Assembly: GCA_964653235.1 (NCBI GenBank)
Contig: CAZZCP010000003.1
Coordinates: 34,547-67,650 of the forward strand
Direction: 5' to 3'
Source: an uncultured Pseudobdellovibrionaceae bacterium
Lineage (GTDB): Bacteria; Bdellovibrionota; Bdellovibrionia; Bdellovibrionales; UBA840
Length of the DNA stretch: 33,104 bases
Every line of letters starts with the position of its first letter. Within the stretch, counting starts at the first letter, position 1. The translations under genes and the position numbers were made by a program. Under the pieces are notes generated by a model that made no database searches, was not told the origin of the DNA, and saw only the letters and a list, made by a program, of their open reading frames with translations. This document shows, piece after piece, positions 26,293-33,104 of the stretch.

Positions 26293-29200
26293 TTACTGAC
26301 CTTGAAAAATTCGAATATTATCTATACTCGATGAACTAAAGTCAGAGCCATTCATGTTGCGGGTGAAGATGCGAATTCGGTCGATATCAACATTGTTCTC
26401 TAATGGAATAGCCGAGGCTGTTGTACCACCAACATTGAGGCTGTAGGTATTGCTATCTAAATCAATTTGCACCTCAACTTTAACTTCACCACTTGCCACA
26501 GCCAGACTTGTTGCCGAGGAATTATTAACATAACCAAAAGTCTCTTCGGCCGACATTCCTCCTGCAGTACCTGCCCACTTAAGATTGACAGCAACACCAT
26601 CTTCTAATGGAGAATTATCATTCATCAAATCGGCCTCGCCCAATTGAATGTAGACCTCATAGTCGTTGTCACTGCCTGATCGAGTAAAATCAAAATAAAA
26701 GTGTAAATTGAGAAAGCCATTTGTCTGTTTCGAAAAGCGGTTTGAAGTTAGGGGGAGATTGACTTCATCTGCAGGACTAAAAAGCATTTTTGCATTTGAG
26801 ATGCTTACAGTGCCGGTTGTTTCTGTTTCAGACCATGAGTTTCCGTAACTTGCAGATCCAAGACTGGCCGAATTTTCTCTTTGAAAATTGTCTTCAAATT
26901 GACTGATCACACCACTCATCAGCCAGTCGATGATGTCATCAAAGTTTTGCAGGCCAGTGGCATTGAGCAGATTAAAAGTATCGTCTTGATAAAAAGTTCC
27001 GGCGCGTCTTGCAGGGGCTAAAATACCGCCATCCATTTCAACCTGCGACTCATAACCAAAAGTTAGAACATGTGAGGTGTCATTTTCTTGCGTTTGAATG
27101 ATTTGCGCATTTGAGTTGAGCCGATTGCTTTCAACAAAGCGCATACCTTCATTGCCTGTTAAAAACGTATGTACTCCATTTGCAAGGCCCGAGGCCATAG
27201 GATGTTCTGCATTCACAATTTGAATTTCGGTTGAATTCGGAGTGGTACCAAAACTTGTGGCACTTGACATAAACATATCGTCCCACAAATAACTCTCCCA
27301 GGTAAGAAAAGGAATCTGCGAATCTCGAAAGGTCGTACCAACGTTAGCAGAGAGAATGGTAGAGCTCACAACGATAAGATCTTTACCATAGGCATCTTCA
27401 GGCTGGTCATCGGTTTCATCTTCAATTGTAATATTAAAGCCAAGTGTTTGCAGTCTTGCATAAACTGCGGGATCAGCCCCAATAAGACTCGATTTATTTT
27501 TTGTAATAAACAAAAGCTCTGGCTCAACAAAGACTCGAACAGTACCAATATTACTGTCTTCAACTCCGTCGTTGGCTTTGTAGGTAAAGTAGTCGATGCC
27601 ATCAAATCCTGTATCTGGAGTATAGATGATATTGGGAGGGCTTCCCGAGATGCTTCCATGGTCAGGATCAACGACAATCGAGAAAGTAAAAGGCCCACTG
27701 CCACTTGCACTGAGAGTAATTCCAATAGCAGTATCTAGTGGAGTAGTAACTGTGTCATCAGGGGCAAAAATATCAGATGCCGCAACAGCAAGTCCGACCG
27801 ATATAATCTGATTGTTACTTCCATCATTGTATTGTATTTGCAAACTATCGCTAAATGAGCCCGAGCTTGCTGGTGAAGCTGTGACCACAATGGTGCAGCT
27901 TGCAGATGCAGCAAGATTACTGCCGCAAGTTCCGCCAGTACCAGGGTATGTTCCACCTTTAAAGTCAAATGGGGCTGAGAGAGCAATACCACTCAATGAA
28001 CTCGCTAGCGCGCTACTAGTATTGCTTAAAAGAAAGTGATGCTCATCGATGGATGAAATTTCGAGAGTTCCAAAGTCATAAGTGGGTCCATCTGATAGAC
28101 TTAAACTAGCAAGTGTTGCACCTGTACCTGTCAGGGCTCGAGTGCTTTGCTGAGCCGACGTTCCATCAAAGTAATCGAGCAAGATTTCATCATTGTAGCT
28201 TGTAGCTGCGCTTGGCGCGAAACGAACGGCAATATTGCAACTTGAGCTTGCCGCAAGATTGCTGCCGCAGTTGCCACCAATTCCTGGAAAGCCGCCAGGA
28301 AAAATAAATGGCGCCGCCAAACCACTGCCGCTGATTGAGCTTGCGGTTCCAGAGCCGCTATTACTTACAGTGAAAATTTGCACGCGTGTTCCAGAGGTAG
28401 AGACACTGCCATAATCATAAGTTGGTCCATCACTAATACTGAGAATCGCAGTACCTGTGCCATTTCCTATGACATCACCACTGGTCTGCTGAGCAGAGAC
28501 CCCATCATTGTAATCAATTAGAATAGTATCACTAAACGGACCAGATAAGGTGGGTGCAAAGCGAACGACAATATCACATGAGCTGCCGGCAGTAAGGCTT
28601 GGGCCACAATTTCCGCCTGTTCCCGGAAAACCTCCAGCAAACAAAAAGGGTGATCCCAAGCCGCTACCACTAATTCCTGTTGCGTCTACATCTCCTGTAT
28701 TGCTGAGAGTAAAAGTATGCTCTGCCGTACTTGAACTCAAAACATCGCCAAAATCATAAGTGGGTCCATCACTCAAGCTCAGTAAGGCTGCAGCTAGACC
28801 ATTGGCACTCAGTGCTCGAGTTGCTTGTTGTAGATTAAAACCATCATCGTAATCTAAAAGAATGGAGTCTGTAGCCGCGCCGGGTGAGCTCGGTGAGAAG
28901 CGTACAGTAATCTCACAACTTGCACCTGCAGCGAGTGTAGCATTGCAGTTGCCTCCTGTTCCAGGAAAGCCCCCAGGGAAACTAAAATCACCCGAAATAC
29001 CAGAATCAGAAATGGATTCGGCTCTGCCATCTCCGGTATTTTCTATTGTAAATGTGTGATTGGCACTGCTGCCAACAATTACATCACCATAATCGTAAGT
29101 TGGTCCATCACTAATTGTTATATAGGCAGTGCCTCGCCCATCTCCAGTTAGATCGCGAGTGACCTGTTGTGCAGCTTGACCGTCATTATAATCTAAAATC

Positions 29201-32200
29201 AATTGATCGGCGTAAGTCGTTTCTGCCGTGGGAGTGAAGCGAATCACCACACTACAAGAACTGCTTGGCGCTAAGTCGCTAGCACAATCGCCGCCGGTTC
29301 CTGGGTAGCCGCCTGGAAATTCATAAGGAGCAGCTAGTCCCGACATAACAATAGAAGTTGCAGTACCACTACCGGTATTTGAAATGCTAAAGCTGTGCTC
29401 GCCATAAGAGCCCAAGAGCTGGTTGCCAAAATCATAAGTGGGGCCATCGCTGATTGTAAGTGCTGCGGTTCCTTCACCCGTGCCCGTTATGTTTCTAGTG
29501 ATTTGCTGAGCTGAAAGACCATCATTGTAGTCAAGAATGATAGTATCACCAGTGGGGCCTTCGATACTTGGTGTATAGCGGACTACAATTGTGCAAGAAC
29601 TAGATGCATTCAAAGTATTGCTACAATCTCCTCCTGTTCCAGGAAAACCTCCGGGAAACTCAAACGGAGCAGAGAGACCAGTAAAGGCCATAGAACTTGC
29701 TTCTCCGGTTCCTGAATTTGTTATGGTAAAACTATGCTCGGCATTTGATCCAACCAAAACAGTACCGTAGTCATAAGATGGGTCTTCGCTAATTGCGAGT
29801 GAGGCGATTCCTATTCCTTCACCAGTTATGTCTCGAGTTTCTTGCTGTGCGGCCGCCCCATCATTGTAATCTAAAATGATTTGATCATTAAAGGTGGCTG
29901 CTGCTGCAGGACTAAAACGAATCACGATTGTGCAAGAACTAGAAGCCGCGAGGCTGGTTCCGCAGTCACCGCCGGTGCCAGGAAAACCACCTGGAAAATC
30001 ATAGGGAGCAGCCAAACCGCTAAAAGCAATTGCTGTTGCCTCACTTTCACCTGTGTTGTTAATGCTAAAGCTGTGATTGACTGAAGTCGCAATGCCGTGA
30101 GTTCCATAGTCATAAGTTGGTCCATCACTAATCGTTAAAACAGCTGGGTCGACTCCATTTCCTGAAAGATCGCGAGTTGTTTGTTGGGCAGACAATCCGT
30201 CATTGTAATCTAATACCAATTGATCTGTAAAATTGGCTGTACTGACCGGGCTAAAGCGAATTACCACTGTACAAGAGCTACTGCCAGCTAGGCTTGTGCC
30301 ACAGTTTCCACCCGTACCAGGAAAACCTCCCGGAAACTCAAAAGGAGCAAGCAATCCAGAAAAGGCAAGACCAGTGGCTTCTCCGGTTCCAGAATTTGAG
30401 ATCGTAAAAGAATGATCGAGTGAGGCACCGGCAGTGACATTAGCGTAATCATAGCTTGGTCCATCGCTAATCGTTAAAACAGCAGGGCCAACACCATTGC
30501 CATTGATATCTCTAGTCTCTTGTTGTGCAGCTTGACCGTCATTATAATCTAAAATCAATTGATCTGAAAAAGGTCCTTCACTTATTGGGCTAAAACGAAT
30601 GACTAGGCTGCAATTTGCAGACGGAGCAAGATCACTAGAGCAATTGCCACCCGTACCAGGATAGCCACCCGGAAACTCAAAAGGAAGATTGAGTCCCGAA
30701 ATAGCAATAGAATTTGCGGTGCCGGTACCGGTGTTGCTAATGATAAAAGTATGTTCGTTAGAAGTAGTAGTTAAAACATCGCCGTAATCGTAACTTGGCG
30801 ACTCACTAATTGATAAAACAGCAGTGCCTAAACCAGTTCCCGAGATATTGCGGCTAAGTTGTTGAGCCTGCTGGCCATCGTTATAGTCTAAGACTATGCT
30901 GTCACCAACAAAACCTTCTATAGATGGAGTAAATCGCACTACGATAGTGCATGAGATTGCAGGTGCAAGACTTGTAGCGCAGTCACCGCCGGTACCAGGA
31001 AAACCCCCGGGAAACTCAAAAGGAGCAGAGAGACCAGTAAAAGCCATCGAACTTGCCAAACCATTTCCAGTATTGGTGATGGTAAAACTATGCTCGGCAT
31101 TGGCACCCACATTGATCGTTCCAAAGTCATAACTAGGAGATTCACTGATCGTTAGCACAGCAGTTTCAACACCAGTACCTGAAATATCACGAGTGACTTG
31201 CTGGGCAGCTTGTCCATCATTGTAGTCTAAGAGCAATTGGTCAGTAAAATTGGCCGCAGAACTAGGACTAAACCGAATCACAATTGTGCAACTTGCACCA
31301 CCGGCAAGGCTTGTGCCGCAATCACCACCTGATCCTGGAAAACCTCCAGGAAATTCATAGGGGGCTGCAAGACCGCTAAATGCAAGAGAGCCTGCCGTAC
31401 CGGTAGCCGTGTTGGTGATGGTAAAAGATTGATCTTGCGAACTTGATACCAATACGTTGCCAAAATCAAAAATGGGTCCATCACTAATTGTGAGCAGGGC
31501 CGGATCAGTTCCCATACCTGTAAGGTTTTGCGTGAGCACTTGCGCTGCCTGCCCATCATTGTAGTCAATTTGTATCAAATCATTAAATGGACCCAGAGAA
31601 GTCGGAGCAAAATTGACAATGATATCGCAGCTAGAGAGAGGGGCAATGCTTGCACCGCAGGTATTTGAAACTACAGAAAAGGGTAAATTGAGTGAGGTAA
31701 ACGAAACGGAGCTTGCTGCTGTTTCACCCGTATTGGCTATGCTGAATGTATGATTCATACTATTGCCAGTGAGTACTTCACCATAGTCATAACTAGGAGC
31801 ATCGGTAATAATTAAAACTGCAGGAGCTGCACCGACACCATCGAGTGTAGTCGTGGTGGATTTTTCTATGCCACCAGCATTGTAAGTGATTTCAAAATCA
31901 CCACTTCGAGAACCACTTGCCGTAGGTACAAATCGAATCATTAAATTACAATCAGCGGTGATAGGATCAGCACAAGTTCCTCCTGTACCAGGATAAGTTC
32001 CGCCAAAGTACTCAAAGTCGGGGGGAAGGCTCGAATTTACAATACTGGCATTGTTGGGACCATTATAAGTAATATCGACATTGAGAAGGCTTGAATCACC
32101 CAGAGGAACTGTACCGAAGTCAAAAGACTCAGCAGTAAATTCAATGTCTTTAGGAATCGTATTTGCTCCCGTTCCGCTAATCAAAGTTGAGGTATTGGTA

Positions 32201-32601
32201 AGAATGCCTCCGCCAAAGTAGCGAAGATTTAAGCTAGCTTGCGATCGCACTTCTTCTGTAGGTCTAAAAGCAATAATAATTGTGCATGAGCTAGAAATAG
32301 TGCTGCCGCAAGTTCCTCCGGTTCCAGGGTAGCTTCCATCGCGATAACTGAAGGGCTCTTCTAGTTCAGTGAATTCACGAATGGCAGCATTGCCTGTGCC
32401 AGAGTAACTAACAACTAGAGTTTTGTATTCGGTATCTCCGCCATTGACCTCGCCAAAGTCATAAGCACTTTCAATAAATTGTATATTGGCTGAATTCGTA
32501 GGTATACCAGCCTCGTCATCTTCTGTAGGCTGACCTCCGCCGCAAGCGGTGAGTAAAAATAATGTGAGGATAGACAATAAACGGACCAAAAATTCCCCCA
32601 T
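26293..32601 (-). CDS. Giant surface lipoprotein / adhesin-like protein with 14 Ig-like (choice-of-anchor D / ASH-like) repeats, a Big_9/cadherin-like domain and two distal domains
   Basis: Lipobox LTAC; repeats with YDFG...NTG...C-x9-C...RFxP; YTPDTGFDGIDYFTYKANDG Big_9-like motif; distal alpha/beta domain and C-terminal beta-sandwich ending IDNIRIF. Confidence 0.9.
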   Translation of the reverse strand: MGEFLVRLLSILTLFLLTACGGGQPTEDDEAGIPTNSANIQFIESAYDFGEVNGGDTEYKTLVVSYSGTGNAAIREFTELEEPFSYRDGSYPGTGGTCGSTISSSCTIIIAFRPTEEVRSQASLNLRYFGGGILTNTSTLISGTGANTIPKDIEFTAESFDFGTVPLGDSSLLNVDITYNGPNNASIVNSSLPPDFEYFGGTYPGTGGTCADPITADCNLMIRFVPTASGSRSGDFEITYNAGGIEKSTTTTLDGVGAAPAVLIITDAPSYDYGEVLTGNSMNHTFSIANTGETAASSVSFTSLNLPFSVVSNTCGASIAPLSSCDIIVNFAPTSLGPFNDLIQIDYNDGQAAQVLTQNLTGMGTDPALLTISDGPIFDFGNVLVSSSQDQSFTITNTATGTAGSLAFSGLAAPYEFPGGFPGSGGDCGTSLAGGASCTIVIRFSPSSAANFTDQLLLDYNDGQAAQQVTRDISGTGVETAVLTISESPSYDFGTINVGANAEHSFTITNTGNGLASSMAFTGLSAPFEFPGGFPGTGGDCATSLAPAISCTIVVRFTPSIEGFVGDSIVLDYNDGQQAQQLSRNISGTGLGTAVLSISESPSYDYGDVLTTTSNEHTFIISNTGTGTANSIAISGLNLPFEFPGGYPGTGGNCSSDLAPSANCSLVIRFSPISEGPFSDQLILDYNDGQAAQQETRDINGNGVGPAVLTISDGPSYDYANVTAGASLDHSFTISNSGTGEATGLAFSGLLAPFEFPGGFPGTGGNCGTSLAGSSSCTVVIRFSPVSTANFTDQLVLDYNDGLSAQQTTRDLSGNGVDPAVLTISDGPTYDYGTHGIATSVNHSFSINNTGESEATAIAFSGLAAPYDFPGGFPGTGGDCGTSLAASSSCTIVIRFSPAAAATFNDQIILDYNDGAAAQQETRDITGEGIGIASLAISEDPSYDYGTVLVGSNAEHSFTITNSGTGEASSMAFTGLSAPFEFPGGFPGTGGDCSNTLNASSSCTIVVRYTPSIEGPTGDTIILDYNDGLSAQQITRNITGTGEGTAALTISDGPTYDFGNQLLGSYGEHSFSISNTGSGTATSIVMSGLAAPYEFPGGYPGTGGDCASDLAPSSSCSVVIRFTPTAETTYADQLILDYNDGQAAQQVTRDLTGDGRGTAYITISDGPTYDYGDVIVGSSANHTFTIENTGDGRAESISDSGISGDFSFPGGFPGTGGNCNATLAAGASCEITVRFSPSSPGAATDSILLDYDDGFNLQQATRALSANGLAAALLSLSDGPTYDFGDVLSSSTAEHTFTLSNTGDVDATGISGSGLGSPFLFAGGFPGTGGNCGPSLTAGSSCDIVVRFAPTLSGPFSDTILIDYNDGVSAQQTSGDVIGNGTGTAILSISDGPTYDYGSVSTSGTRVQIFTVSNSGSGTASSISGSGLAAPFIFPGGFPGIGGNCGSNLAASSSCNIAVRFAPSAATSYNDEILLDYFDGTSAQQSTRALTGTGATLASLSLSDGPTYDFGTLEISSIDEHHFLLSNTSSALASSLSGIALSAPFDFKGGTYPGTGGTCGSNLAASASCTIVVTASPASSGSFSDSLQIQYNDGSNNQIISVGLAVAASDIFAPDDTVTTPLDTAIGITLSASGSGPFTFSIVVDPDHGSISGSPPNIIYTPDTGFDGIDYFTYKANDGVEDSNIGTVRVFVEPELLFITKNKSSLIGADPAVYARLQTLGFNITIEDETDDQPEDAYGKDLIVVSSTILSANVGTTFRDSQIPFLTWESYLWDDMFMSSATSFGTTPNSTEIQIVNAEHPMASGLANGVHTFLTGNEGMRFVESNRLNSNAQIIQTQENDTSHVLTFGYESQVEMDGGILAPARRAGTFYQDDTFNLLNATGLQNFDDIIDWLMSGVISQFEDNFQRENSASLGSASYGNSWSETETTGTVSISNAKMLFSPADEVNLPLTSNRFSKQTNGFLNLHFYFDFTRSGSDNDYEVYIQLGEADLMNDNSPLEDGVAVNLKWAGTAGGMSAEETFGYVNNSSATSLAVASGEVKVEVQIDLDSNTYSLNVGGTTASAIPLENNVDIDRIRIFTRNMNGSDFSSSSIDNIRIFQGQ
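27775..32487 (-). repeat. Intragenic tandem array of 14 degenerate units, mostly 339 bp (113 aa)
   Basis: Recurring ISDGPxYD[YF]G, FPGGFPGTGG[DN]C, LDYNDG motifs counted 14 times in the translation. Confidence 0.9.
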
Positions 32602-32686
32602 GATTGTTTCGGTACTTTGGTCGAGTTTCTAAAATATTCTCTTAGCTAAACTATTGTTTCTTTTGCAAAATTCTAAATATTAAAAC

Positions 32687-32740
32687 GTCTCAAAACGAGA
32701 AAAAAAGAAGCTTTTCTTTTCGAAAATCTCGCAATGAGAT
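32687..32740. promoter_or_regulatory. Two GTCTCA-N3-TGAGAC-like palindromic sites
   Basis: GTCTCA-AAA-CGAGAA (32687-32701) and ATCTCG-CAA-TGAGAT (32726-32740) in the divergent intergenic region. Confidence 0.45.
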
Positions 32741-32751
32741 ATTCTAAGTAT

Positions 32752-33104
32752 ATGCGTTTTTTGATTCTCTTATTAGTCTTGAATATCTCTTGTGCGACAA
32801 GTGCTCTAAAAGATTTTGATTCGGTCGAGCCAGGTATGGATAGAGATAATGTCTTAGAATTGATCGGATCTCCGATTCGAGCAAACAAAAACAATGCCAA
32901 AAAAATCTGGACCTATCGCTTTTTTACCGAAGAGGGTGAGAAAGTCTACAAAGAAGTTCATTTTGAACGAGATGAAGTGGTCTATGTTGGAGAGGCCATT
33001 GATCGTTCTGTTGTTTTAAAAAATGACCCACAAAAAATTGAAGAAGACCGCATTGATTATGAATCAGAGAAAAAAGCCATTCAAGATTACAAAAGAAAAA
33101 AACA
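32752..33104 (+). CDS. BamE/SmpA/OmlA-like lipoprotein, 3'-partial (not in the ORF track; alternative ATG 32734)
   Basis: My translation: MRFLILLLVLNISCATSALKDFDSVEPGMDRDNVLELIGSP...IWTYRF...EVHFERDEVV; lipobox-like ISC and GM-x3-V-x3-GSP...W-x-Y motif; open to the window end. Confidence 0.8.
   Translation, partial: MRFLILLLVLNISCATSALKDFDSVEPGMDRDNVLELIGSPIRANKNNAKKIWTYRFFTEEGEKVYKEVHFERDEVVYVGEAIDRSVVLKNDPQKIEEDRIDYESEKKAIQDYKRKK

Noticed and set aside
32606-32632. Sigma28-like promoter for the giant gene (minus strand TTAG-N15-ACCGAAAC)
   Set aside because: Both boxes are weak and it lies only 4 nt from ATG 32601; plausible only if the true start is TTG 32589
32673-32900. 75-aa minus-strand ORF
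   Set aside because: Antisense to the BamE-like gene, which has the recognisable motif

Overview
Chromosomal housekeeping and cell-envelope region (AT-rich, no prophage, transposase, CRISPR, rRNA or tRNA seen). Gene content and style suggest a Bdellovibrionota-like bacterium (inference). In order: a palindromic repeat element with a truncated second copy; mreB fused into an apparent operon with a degenerate ECF-sigma-like gene, an anti-sigma-like membrane protein and a HAMP histidine kinase; a RadC-like JAB protein; lpoB-like and COG3014-like lipoproteins; a PhaR-like regulator; a GspG-like pseudopilin, TPR lipoprotein and LolB-like lipoprotein; prkA(yeaG)-yeaH-spoVR; two unknown lipoproteins; glnA with a non-canonical P-II; a GGCT-like/winged-helix fusion; trmL; secA and three small downstream genes; a 2102-aa lipoprotein with 14 disulfide-bearing Ig-like repeats; and a BamE-like lipoprotein running off the right end (missed by the ORF track). 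The most unusual signals are a sigma54 promoter pointing into an ORF-less ~105-nt stretch closed by a terminator (candidate sRNA convergent on glnA), a rewired-looking nitrogen module (P-II lacking Q39/Y51, pseudo-GGCT-wHTH), a recurrent GTCTCA-N3-TGAGAC-like intergenic palindrome, and a recurrent R-x-[PI]-A-S peptide motif in exported proteins.
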